Source of the DNA: an uncultured Armatimonadetes bacterium | Lineage (GTDB): Bacteria; Armatimonadota; UBA5829; DTJY01 | Length of the DNA stretch: 64,000 bases | Assembly (NCBI GenBank): GCA_963717145.1 | Contig: OY970325.1 | Coordinates: forward strand, 1,120,001-1,184,000 | Direction: 5' to 3' | Part shown: positions 39,059 through 47,987 of the stretch, in pieces | How positions within the stretch are numbered: the stretch's first letter is position 1 | How the letters are laid out: every line of letters starts with the position of its first letter | Notes under the pieces: model-generated | What the model was told of the DNA's origin: nothing | What the model saw: the letters and a program-made list of their open reading frames with translations, nothing else | Database searches by the model: none | Program-made: the position numbers and the translations under genes

Positions 39059-41086
39059 ATGCCAACGATTGCAGAGTTACTCAAACAGGTTCGCGAGGCC
39101 GACCTCCTGCGCTTTACGACCGCCGGCAGCGTGGATGACGGGAAGTCGACGCTGATCGGCCGCCTGCTCCACGACGCCAAGTCGATCTACGAGGACCATC
39201 TCGCCTCGCTCCACAGGGATTCGATCAAGGCCGGGCGGGCGGAGATCGACTTCGCGCTCCTGACCGACGGCCTCAAGGCCGAGCGCGACCAGGGGATCAC
39301 GATCGACGTGGCTTACCGCCACTTCTCGACACCCAAGCGCCGCTTTATCATCGCCGACACGCCCGGGCACGAGCAGTACACGCGCAATATGGTCACAGGC
39401 GCATCCACCGCGAACCTCGCCGTCATCCTGATCGACGCGAAGAACGGCGTGCTCACGCAGTCGAGACGCCATGGATTCATCGCTTCGCTCCTCGGCATCC
39501 CGCACCTCGTCGTGGCCGTAAACAAGATGGACCTCGTCGGCTACTCGCAGGACGTGTACGAGAGTATCGTCGAGGAATACACCGAGTTCTCGAGCAAGCT
39601 TCAGCCCAAGGATCTGTCGTTCATCCCGATGAGCGCCCTTCGCGGGGACAACGTGGTCGAGCGGAGCGCGAGGATGCCGTGGTACGAGGGCGCGCCGCTC
39701 CTTTCGCACCTGGAGACGGTCCACATCGCGAGCGACCAGAACCTGATCGACTTCCGCTTCCCGGTGCAACTCGTCCTGCGCCCGCATGGCGCGTTCAGGG
39801 GATACTGCGGGACTGTCGCGTCGGGAGTCGTGCGAGTCGGCGACGACGTGATCGTGATGTCGTCCGGCAAGTGCACGAGGGTCTCGCGCATCCTCGTCAA
39901 CGGCGAGGATGTCGATCACGCATTCCCTCCCCAGGCGGCGACGATCTGTCTGGCGGACGAGATCGACATCAGCCGTGGGGACATGCTCGCGCACCCGGCG
40001 AACCTGCCCTGGGTGGCGCACGAACTCGAGGCGATGCTGATCTGGATGCACGACGAGCCGCTGAGCACGAGCAAGCAGTACCACATCAAGCACACGACGA
40101 GCACGGTGCGCGGCCGCTTCTCCGAGCTGAAGTACCGCATCGACCCCGACACGCTCCACCGGCAGCTTGTCGGTAAACCCACTGACGCTGTAGGGGCGTG
40201 CCTTGTGCCGCCCGTTGCGGCGTATGGGGCGGCACAGGCCGAGGGCCGGGCGGCACAAGGCACGCCCCTACAGCGCGCGGGGGATTCGGGACGCGGACAC
40301 ACCCTCGGGCTGAACGAGATCGGGCGGATCACGATGCAGCTCTTCAAGCCGATCTTCTGCGACGAGTACCAGCGCAACCGGCAGACCGGCAGCTTCATCG
40401 TCATCGATCCGCAGACGAACTTCACGGTCGGCGCAGGGATGGTGATCGACCGCTCGCATCGCTACGAGTCGATTCGCTCCGGGGCGGAGAGGCATATCAC
40501 CCGCCACATCGGGCTCGTCGCTTCCGAGGAGAGAGCGCGCGTCCTCGGGCAGCAGCCGGTGACCATCTGGCTGACCGGCCTCAGCGGATCGGGGAAATCG
40601 ACCCTGGCCTACGCGCTCGAGAAGCGGCTCATGGAGGAGGGCCACGCGTGCTTCGTGCTCGACGGGGACAACGTTCGGCACGGCCTCAACCGCGACCTCG
40701 GGTTCTCACCGGAGGACCGGGCGGAGAACATCCGACGCGTGGCCGAGGCGTCGAAGCTGTTCAATGAAGCCGGGCTGATCGTGATCACGTCGTTCATCTC
40801 GCCGTACCGAAACGATCGGCAGGCCGCGAAGGAGATCATCGGCGAGGAGCGCTTCGTGGAGGTGTTCGTCGATGCGTCGCTCGAGGTCTGCGAGCAGCGC
40901 GACCCAAAGGGCCTCTACAAGAAGGCGCGCGCCGGCGAGATCGCGGATTTCACGGGCATCTCTTCGCCTTACGAGCCGCCCGAAGCGCCGGAACTGCGCC
41001 TCGATGCGGGTGCTGCCGCTGTGGATGATCTGGTGAAGCGAATCGTTGAGCTGCTCCGGGCCGGCGGGATCGTGAGCGGCGGTTAG
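39059..41086 (+). CDS. cysNC: Bifunctional sulfate adenylyltransferase subunit 1 / APS kinase
   Basis: Motifs GSVDDGKSTLIGRLL, GITIDVAYR, DTPGHEQYTRNM and NKMD. C-terminal WLTGLSGSGKST, LDGDNVRHGL and RDPKGLYKKARAG. Confidence 0.95.
   Translation: MPTIAELLKQVREADLLRFTTAGSVDDGKSTLIGRLLHDAKSIYEDHLASLHRDSIKAGRAEIDFALLTDGLKAERDQGITIDVAYRHFSTPKRRFIIADTPGHEQYTRNMVTGASTANLAVILIDAKNGVLTQSRRHGFIASLLGIPHLVVAVNKMDLVGYSQDVYESIVEEYTEFSSKLQPKDLSFIPMSALRGDNVVERSARMPWYEGAPLLSHLETVHIASDQNLIDFRFPVQLVLRPHGAFRGYCGTVASGVVRVGDDVIVMSSGKCTRVSRILVNGEDVDHAFPPQAATICLADEIDISRGDMLAHPANLPWVAHELEAMLIWMHDEPLSTSKQYHIKHTTSTVRGRFSELKYRIDPDTLHRQLVGKPTDAVGACLVPPVAAYGAAQAEGRAAQGTPLQRAGDSGRGHTLGLNEIGRITMQLFKPIFCDEYQRNRQTGSFIVIDPQTNFTVGAGMVIDRSHRYESIRSGAERHITRHIGLVASEERARVLGQQPVTIWLTGLSGSGKSTLAYALEKRLMEEGHACFVLDGDNVRHGLNRDLGFSPEDRAENIRRVAEASKLFNEAGLIVITSFISPYRNDRQAAKEIIGEERFVEVFVDASLEVCEQRDPKGLYKKARAGEIADFTGISSPYEPPEAPELRLDAGAAAVDDLVKRIVELLRAGGIVSGG
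40186..40275. repeat. GTAG-type REP doublet inserted in frame inside cysNC
   Basis: Perfect inverted arms of at least 28 bp, CGCTGTAGGGGCGTGCCTTGTGCCGCCC. Confidence 0.9.
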
Positions 41087-41105
41087 TAGTTCTTACGGTC
41101 GGAAT

Positions 41106-41280
41106 CAGTACACTGGTTCCCGGTTCCATTGTACTGGTTCCGGTTCAAAGTACACTGGATCCGGTTCAAAGTACACTGGATCCGGTTGAAAGTACTCTCT
41201 ATCCGGTTGAAAGTGCACTGGATCCGGTTCAAAGTGCACTGGATCCGGTTCAAAGTGCACTGGATCCGGTTCAAAGTGCA
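41106..41280. repeat. 21-bp tandem array, about 8.3 units
   Basis: Consensus AAGTRCACTGGATCCGGTTSA, degenerating toward the left end. Confidence 0.95.
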
Positions 41281-41338
41281 AGGAACGTGAATGCAGAATG
41301 CTGTTGCGGGGCAAGTCCGCTCTCGAAAAGGAAGGATA

Positions 41339-43084
41339 ATGCGTACACATCTCATCCTGCTGATCCTCATAACCTCGATAGCAGTATTGGCTGCCGGTGG
41401 AAATGCATCTCCAAATCGGGACCTCGCCCCGGACACATGGGTTGCCACGGACGCGCTCGGGCGGATGCTCCCGGGCCATGTGGAGTGCGGGCCGCCGAGG
41501 GACGGGAAGTTCGTCGGCATCTTCTACTTCACCTGGCTCGGTCAGCACTCGACCACCGGCCCGTGGGACATCACGAAGATCCTGGCCGCTGATCCGGACA
41601 ACCCGCAGTGGGGGCCCGAGCAGCATTTCCATCACTGGGGCGAATCGGAACTCGGCTACTACGTCTCCACGGACGAGTACGTCATCCGCGCTCACGCCCG
41701 GATGCTCGCCAACGCGGGGATCGATGTCATCATCTTCGACGTCACGAACTCCTTCACATACGCCAACGTCTACATGAAGCTGTGTGAGATCTACACGCAG
41801 CTTCGGAAGAATGGATACCGCACGCCACAGATCGGCTTCATCGCGCACTCGGCCGAGGAGCAGACGGTCGAGAAGCTCTATGACGACTTTTACTCTAAGG
41901 GGCTCTATCCCGACCTCTGGTTCAGGTGGAAAGGGAAGCCGCTCGTCCTGGCTGACCCGGCGAACATGCCGCAGCACCTGCGAGATTTTTTCACGTTCCG
42001 GCACTCGTGGGCATGGCACGATCCCAACGGCTGGTTCGCCGATGGGCATGACAAGTGGCCGTGGCTCGACACCTATCCGCAGGCGATCGGTTGGCATGAG
42101 AAGGGGGTCGCGGAGTTTGTGTCGGTCAGCGTCGCCCAGCATCCGATGACGAACATCGGGCGGAGTTTCCACGACGGCAAGGAGCCCGAGCCGAAGGACC
42201 AGCGGCCGGCGGACGGGCTCTTCTTCGCCGAGCAGTGGAAGCGGGCGCTCGAGGTGGACCCGGAGTTCATCTTCATCACCGGCTGGAACGAGTGGGTCGC
42301 CCAGCGATTCCTGGCGGACGGTGTGTACAATCTCATGACGGGCAGGAAGCCGGCGAAGGGCGAGACGTTCTTCGTGGACACCTACAACCAGGAGTACAGC
42401 CGCGACATCGAGCCGATGAAGGGCGGCCACACGGACAACTACTATTACCAGATGATCGACGGCATCCGCCGGTTCAAGGGCGTCCGCGCGCCGGAGACCG
42501 CTTCCGGGCCGAAGACGATCCGCATCGACGGACGGTTCGCGGACTGGACGCTCGTGAAGCCGGAGTTCCGCGACTGGGCCGGCGACACCGAGCACCGTGA
42601 CTCCCAGGGCTGGAACGATACGCTGCATTACGTGAACAACACCGGGCGCAACGACTTCGTACGGCTGAAGGTCGCCTACGACCAAGAGAACGTCTACTTC
42701 TACGCCGAGACGAAGGACCCGATCACGCCGCAGACGGATCCACGGTGGATGCTCCTCTACATCGATGCCGACTGTGACCCCAGGACCGGCTTTAACGGCT
42801 ACGATTTCATCGTGAACCGCGATGTGCTGCACGTCACGTCGGTCAACCCGATGAAGTACCCGGAGCTGAATGGGCGCGATCGTCCCCGCCCGTCATATGC
42901 GGTTTCGGGCAATAAGCTGGAGGTCTCCATTCCCCGATGGGTCTTCGCTTCCGCCGGGAAGCCGGTCAAGCTCAACTTCCATTGGGCGGACAACATCCAG
43001 AAGGCGACCGACATCATCGATTTCGCGGTCAGCGGCGACAGCGCCCCCGACCGCCGCTTCAACTACCACTTCGAGGGAAGATAG
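41339..43084 (+). CDS. Secreted putative glycoside hydrolase (GH99/GH71-like TIM barrel)
   Basis: Signal peptide. Motifs VGIFYFTW, GYYVSTD, HARMLANAGIDVIIFD, FITGWNEW and DIEP. Confidence 0.7.
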   Translation: MRTHLILLILITSIAVLAAGGNASPNRDLAPDTWVATDALGRMLPGHVECGPPRDGKFVGIFYFTWLGQHSTTGPWDITKILAADPDNPQWGPEQHFHHWGESELGYYVSTDEYVIRAHARMLANAGIDVIIFDVTNSFTYANVYMKLCEIYTQLRKNGYRTPQIGFIAHSAEEQTVEKLYDDFYSKGLYPDLWFRWKGKPLVLADPANMPQHLRDFFTFRHSWAWHDPNGWFADGHDKWPWLDTYPQAIGWHEKGVAEFVSVSVAQHPMTNIGRSFHDGKEPEPKDQRPADGLFFAEQWKRALEVDPEFIFITGWNEWVAQRFLADGVYNLMTGRKPAKGETFFVDTYNQEYSRDIEPMKGGHTDNYYYQMIDGIRRFKGVRAPETASGPKTIRIDGRFADWTLVKPEFRDWAGDTEHRDSQGWNDTLHYVNNTGRNDFVRLKVAYDQENVYFYAETKDPITPQTDPRWMLLYIDADCDPRTGFNGYDFIVNRDVLHVTSVNPMKYPELNGRDRPRPSYAVSGNKLEVSIPRWVFASAGKPVKLNFHWADNIQKATDIIDFAVSGDSAPDRRFNYHFEGR

Positions 43085-43105
43085 GACTTAGCAGGAAGTT
43101 CTGAT

Positions 43106-43687
43106 ATGGCTTGGTACATAGTTTCCGCTGTACTATTCGTTCTGTTTCTCTACGGCGCGGTGTTCAACGCTCTGGCTTTCTGGAATCTCATCATCAAGAA
43201 ACGGAAGTTCCCCTCGGGCGTCCCATTTGGCTCGGGGATACTGGGAGCCATTTCACTGCTGGTGTGGCCGGAGTTTCGATTGGCGCGCTACGCATGGATA
43301 CCCCTTGTAGCCGATGTCGGCTGTGTGCCATATCTCTGCATTGCCCTCCCGCAGGTTGGCCGACAGATGTACATGATTGACCGTTTCTTCAGACTGGCGA
43401 CATTCCGGTCCACGGTGATGCACGATTCATTCGTGACACTCACCCTCTATAAGACAGGCACGTTCGTTCTGAGAAAGGAGACCACCAAGCCGACGTGGTC
43501 AGTGCTTGGCGCCAGCGGGAATTGGAGTCGCGAGGGAACGGGCCTCTCATTGCCGGTCTACGGCATAGATGTAAGATATGCACTTGGCGAGGAAGAGGGC
43601 ATACTTGTCTTGAGGTGGTGCCCTGAGAACGAACCGTCGATTCTCGAGCATACTGATCTGCGCCTGACTCACGGGCAACTCAACTGA
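43106..43687 (+). CDS. Hypothetical membrane protein
   Basis: Three hydrophobic N-terminal segments, in operon-like spacing with its neighbours. Confidence 0.65.
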   Translation: MAWYIVSAVLFVLFLYGAVFNALAFWNLIIKKRKFPSGVPFGSGILGAISLLVWPEFRLARYAWIPLVADVGCVPYLCIALPQVGRQMYMIDRFFRLATFRSTVMHDSFVTLTLYKTGTFVLRKETTKPTWSVLGASGNWSREGTGLSLPVYGIDVRYALGEEEGILVLRWCPENEPSILEHTDLRLTHGQLN

Positions 43688-43696
43688 GGTGATGCC

Positions 43697-45568
43697 ATGC
43701 TGAATTCCTTTGCCATTGCGCTCCTTCTGACAGCGTCATTCTGCACCATCGGCCTTGCCGGACCCATGCCCGGCTTCACGAGGAGTCCGTTCTTCCACGA
43801 GCAGGTGCGGATGGAGAAGACGGCGGACGGCATACGGATGCTGACCAACCTCCCGCAGGTGATGCACCCCGACCGCCCCACCCTCGTGATCTTCTTCGCC
43901 ACGCCGAACGGGAACACCATCGAGCAGACGATGGGATGCGCTCCACTGTTGTCACCGGGGTTGAACCCCGGTGACCTCGACTGGCACTTCGACATCCAGC
44001 ACATCGCCGCCCAGACGCGCGTCCTGCGGGACATCGACCGCACGCGGAACATCGTGCTCGTCTGCATGGAGGCGGAGGGCCTCAGTTGGCCGACGTGGCG
44101 CTCGAGGCACGATCAGGCGATCATCCCCGAGACGCTCGAACGCGTGCTCCGCGGCCGGGAGGGCGAAGCTCCGTCTGAGCCGAATGCTTCGGTAGCGTCA
44201 CTTGGTTCTGCTGCCGAAGCATTCGGCTCAGACGGAGCTTCGCCCTCCCGGCCGCGGGTGACCGCCGTGGTCACCGGCCACTCCGGCGGCGGGAGCATGA
44301 TCACCGGCTTCATCAACGCGTATGATGCGATCCCCGCGTGGTGCGAGCGGATCGCCTACCTCGACTCGAACTATTCCTACTCCGACGAGGAGAAACACGG
44401 CGACAAGCTGCTCGACTGGCTTCGAGGGTCGGATGATCGCCAGCTCGTCGTGATCGCCTATGACGACCGGGAGATCATGTTCGATGGCAAGAAGGTCGTC
44501 GGGCCCACCGGCGGTACATACCGCGCCTCCCACCGCATGATCGACCGGTTCGCGCAGGATCTCTCCGTCAAGCAATCGACGTATGGCCCATTCGACACAT
44601 TCGCCCTATTGGATGGGCGCATCAGCTTCTTCATCCATCCGAATCCGCAGAACAAGATCCTGCACACGGTGCTCGTCGGGGAGATGAACGGCCTGCTCCA
44701 AGCAGTCACGCTCGGGACGCCGCTGGAGTCCAAGTGGGGAACGTTCGGCGGTCCGAGGGCCTACACCAAGTGGATTCAGCCCGCGCCAACATCGGTGGCG
44801 AAGATCCCGAATCGCCGGAAGAACGCTCGCGGCGGGATGGCGGTCATGGAGTCGGTCGCGGCGATGCCTCTCGCCGAGCGGGAAGCGATCCTGCTCAGGG
44901 AGTTCAAGCAGGGTAACCTACCCGAGTTCCTGCGGCGATTCGTGACGATCAAGGTCAAGGCGAAGGATGCGAACGGAAAGGAACGCACGGTCGTCTTCCA
45001 GGCGATGCCCGACTACCTCTCCGTCGGCTCAGACGCGGATTTCGTCCGCGCGCCGCTCACTCCGATGACGGCACAGTCGGTCGCCGATGCCTTCGACTGC
45101 TCGCTCCCGACCCGCAAGATGGTGAACGACATCGCGGCCCAGGCGACGGTCAGGCTCGAACCGAAGCCGCTGGGAGAGCCGCGCACGACTGTCGAGACCT
45201 TCATCGCGCACAACTCGATCATCGAGGAGCAGAGGAAGGGGAAGCCGCTCGGGGGACTGGTCGACGGCATCAAGAAGGACGTCGTGATCACCAACCTGCC
45301 GGCGGACCGGACCGACCACGTGGCGATCTACGGCTGGCATCAGCTCGACGGCGCACCGATCCAGCCGCTGACGACGGTTCACGTGAACTGGTACGTCGAT
45401 TACAGTCACGGGATCCGGCTCGTCAAGCGCGCGGTCCTGGTCGATGGCCAGCCGAAGGACATCCGCGACGTCCTCGCCGACCCAGTGCTTCATCCGCTCC
45501 TCAGCGACGAGGGCCTGATCGCGGAACCGTATTACTCGGCGGGGACGCATTCATCCGGCAGCCGATAG
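43697..45568 (+). CDS. Secreted two-domain hypothetical hydrolase with in-frame palindromic insertions
   Basis: 623-aa ORF with a signal peptide and RBS GAGGTG. Confidence 0.8.
   Translation: MLNSFAIALLLTASFCTIGLAGPMPGFTRSPFFHEQVRMEKTADGIRMLTNLPQVMHPDRPTLVIFFATPNGNTIEQTMGCAPLLSPGLNPGDLDWHFDIQHIAAQTRVLRDIDRTRNIVLVCMEAEGLSWPTWRSRHDQAIIPETLERVLRGREGEAPSEPNASVASLGSAAEAFGSDGASPSRPRVTAVVTGHSGGGSMITGFINAYDAIPAWCERIAYLDSNYSYSDEEKHGDKLLDWLRGSDDRQLVVIAYDDREIMFDGKKVVGPTGGTYRASHRMIDRFAQDLSVKQSTYGPFDTFALLDGRISFFIHPNPQNKILHTVLVGEMNGLLQAVTLGTPLESKWGTFGGPRAYTKWIQPAPTSVAKIPNRRKNARGGMAVMESVAAMPLAEREAILLREFKQGNLPEFLRRFVTIKVKAKDANGKERTVVFQAMPDYLSVGSDADFVRAPLTPMTAQSVADAFDCSLPTRKMVNDIAAQATVRLEPKPLGEPRTTVETFIAHNSIIEEQRKGKPLGGLVDGIKKDVVITNLPADRTDHVAIYGWHQLDGAPIQPLTTVHVNWYVDYSHGIRLVKRAVLVDGQPKDIRDVLADPVLHPLLSDEGLIAEPYYSAGTHSSGSR
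43714..45568 (+). other. Domain content of the CDS at 43697-45568: alpha/beta-hydrolase-like N-part plus a conserved unknown C-domain
   Basis: GHSGGG nucleophile elbow. C-domain motifs MPDYLSVGSD, LPTRKMV, AIYGWH and YVDYSHGIRLV. Confidence 0.55.
44149..44257. repeat. GGGAGGGCGAAGCTCC-type palindromic element inside a CDS
   Basis: 44-bp perfect inverted arms at 44149-44192 and 44214-44257. Confidence 0.9.
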
Positions 45569-45575
45569 CGGAAAT

Positions 45576-45704
45576 GTCCCCCTTACGAAGGGGGACCGGC
45601 CTCTGGGCCGAGGGGGTTTCTGCACGGCGCAACTCCGGAGATTGAACCGCCAAGACGCCAAGATCGCCAAGGGAACCTGCCCGGACCCCTCCTTATCAAG
45701 GAGG
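45576..45704. repeat. Cluster of small palindromes and (CGCCAAG)n repeats between convergent genes
   Basis: TCCCCCTTACGAAGGGGGA; CCGCCAAGACGCCAAGATCGCCAAG; CCTCCTTATCAAGGAGG. Confidence 0.7.
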
Positions 45705-45708
45705 CAAG

Positions 45709-46422
45709 CTAGAGATATCCCAGAGCGGCCATGTCATCCCTAAGGAAGTCGAAGTCGACGGAGCCGTCAGCGGTCTTCCACCGGCCGACGGACTCGGGAC
45801 GCACCTCGATCCGCGCCACCGGGATGCCGAGGAAATCCTCCAGGCGAGCGAGGGTGCGCTCCTGATCGAGGATGAAGTCCTCGAAGCGGACATCGATCGT
45901 ATGAGCCGGCGGCGGGGTGGCCTTCACGATCTCACGCTGGTACTTCCAACTGATCGCTCGCCTGAGACGCACGTCGTCCGTTCGGTCATACGTAATGCCG
46001 AAGTCCCCGAGATCATCGGTCACGTGAGAGCCGAGGATCGAGTCGCGAGGATCGCGCGACCAGTGGATGTAGCGCGCCTCGGGAAACATCCGCACGATCC
46101 AGGGGTAGATGAGCGTCGTCTCGGGGAGCTTCCATCCCTTGTTTTCGGACTCGTTGCCGAGGACGGAGACCAGATACGACTCGACCAGCCGAGTGAACTC
46201 CGGGTCGATCGGCATCGAATGGAGCTTCGAGAAGTCCCACTTGAGGCCGCCGAGGTGGGTGACGTTTCGAGCCATCACACGACACGCCTCGTACATGTCA
46301 TCCGGCGGGACGAGGTCATAGGAACGGTTCAACTGCGCACCCATGTAGACGCCGCTTTCCACGAGCGTCTGGGACATGGCGCGAGTGCCCCCGTGCCCCC
46401 GACCGATGATTGTAATCAGCAT
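45709..46422 (-). CDS. Sulfotransferase family protein
   Basis: 5'-PSB-like IGRGHGGT, GWKLP, 3'-PB RDPRDSILGS, VRFEDF and VGRWK. Confidence 0.8.
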   Translation of the reverse strand: MLITIIGRGHGGTRAMSQTLVESGVYMGAQLNRSYDLVPPDDMYEACRVMARNVTHLGGLKWDFSKLHSMPIDPEFTRLVESYLVSVLGNESENKGWKLPETTLIYPWIVRMFPEARYIHWSRDPRDSILGSHVTDDLGDFGITYDRTDDVRLRRAISWKYQREIVKATPPPAHTIDVRFEDFILDQERTLARLEDFLGIPVARIEVRPESVGRWKTADGSVDFDFLRDDMAALGYL

Positions 46423-46439
46423 TCGTTGTCAGACCCTCT

Positions 46440-46910
46440 CTAGTCCAGCCGCTTCTCCATGATCGTGCAGTCGAAGTCGATCCCCTGAGCGTTGCAGTGG
46501 ATGGTGTTCTCAGTTATGGCATAGCCCATGTGCTCATAGAACGGGACGGCGTTCAGCGATCCCCGCAAATGAAGCCTCTCCACCCCGGCGCCTCTCGCAA
46601 GCTCCTCGACGAATCGCATCAGCGCGCCGCCGATCCCTCTGTGCGCGTACTCGGGAGACACGTACACCATCTCGACGTCACCACTCTCAAGGTGGATCGT
46701 CGCGAACCCGGCGATCGCGCCGTCGAACTCGGCGACGTAGGTTCCGCCCGAACGAACGCGCTCCAAGGCCTGCTCGATGGAGAATCCCCCGGCCCACGAC
46801 TCGATCTGGAGAGCGTTGTAGTGATCCTTCGCCAGATCGCGGATCGATGACGAGAAGATGTGCTCGATCTCTGCTGCATCGGCCTCGACCGCCCGGCGGA
46901 TGGTCACCAT
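46440..46910 (-). CDS. GNAT family acetyltransferase
   Basis: YVSPEYAHRGIGGALM and NAVPFYEHMGY. Confidence 0.9.
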   Translation of the reverse strand: MVTIRRAVEADAAEIEHIFSSSIRDLAKDHYNALQIESWAGGFSIEQALERVRSGGTYVAEFDGAIAGFATIHLESGDVEMVYVSPEYAHRGIGGALMRFVEELARGAGVERLHLRGSLNAVPFYEHMGYAITENTIHCNAQGIDFDCTIMEKRLD

Positions 46911-47910
46911 CTACGCCTCGATCTCGACGATCCGGCCGGTTTCCAGGGATTCGATCGCGCCGTGGATCACCCTCTGGGCGGCAAGGCCGTCCGCGCCCGA
47001 GCCGTCGATCTCGTCGGGTGACGCGCCATCCGAGACTTGCTGGAGGAAGCAGTGGATCCGCTCACGGAATGTATCGTTGAAGTCGCGATATCCGCCGAAG
47101 ACCGGGTTCGTGTAGACCTGCTTGACCATCGAGTCCGCGGGATAGAGAGTTGCCTCCCGCCACATGTCCTCGAGGACGAACCGCCCATCCACGCCCGCAA
47201 CTTCACACCGCTCCATCGGATGACCCCGGCCGATGTCGTAGCTGCTGGTGAGATGTCCGACCGCGCCGTTCGCGAACTCCACGTTGATCGATGCGGTCGA
47301 CCAGATGCTCCGCCCGGGCGACTTCATCGCGAAACACTGGACGCGGGCGATGTCGCCGCAATAGTAGCGCATCATGTCGATCGAATGCGGATTGAGCGCC
47401 TTCATGTGGAAGAACGGCGACTCGAACTCGCCGGGCCGCCCGATCCAGAGCGCCATGTTGCAGAAGAGCAGGCTTCCAATGCAGGCCGTCATCGAGCCAC
47501 TTCCTCGCGAGTCGGGCCGCCGGCGTGAATCGGTGGTTGAAATCTATGCCGAAACAGCGGTTCTTCTCCCGGGCAAGCCGAACCATCTCGCTCGCCTGCC
47601 CGAGTTCGTTGCAGATCGGCTTCTCGCACAGGACATGGCATCCTGCCTCAACCGCCTGGATCGCGGGCTCGAAGTGATCGCTGCAGTACTCGTAACCGCC
47701 GGTCGTGATGCTGCAGAGATCCGGCGACAGGGCCACGAGCATCTCAGGTGCGCTCAGAAACCACGGCACGCCAAGCCGCTCTCCTGCGGCCTGAGCGCGC
47801 TCCGGGATGATATCGCACACCCCGACCAGTTCGGCGAGGTCATCGCTCTTATACACGTCGGCATGGAGATTCCCGATCGGCCCCATGCCGATGACGCAGA
47901 CTCGTAACAT
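46911..47910 (-). CDS. Gfo/Idh/MocA oxidoreductase; frameshift near 47480
   Basis: GMGPIG, HVLCEKP and NHRFTP. The C-half in the 46911-47492 frame parallels the paralog at 58075-59064. Confidence 0.85.
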
Positions 47911-47929
47911 GATGCTACCTTCCGAACGG

Positions 47930-47976
47930 CATGGTCAATGGCTCATTGAGCCATTGACCATGAACCATCAACCATT
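47930..47976. repeat. Inverted heptamer repeat (CCATTGA-like)
   Basis: CATGGTCAATGGCTCA-T-TGAGCCATTGACCATG, then AACCATCAACCAT. Confidence 0.7.
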
Positions 47977-47987
47977 TCCCATTCTGA

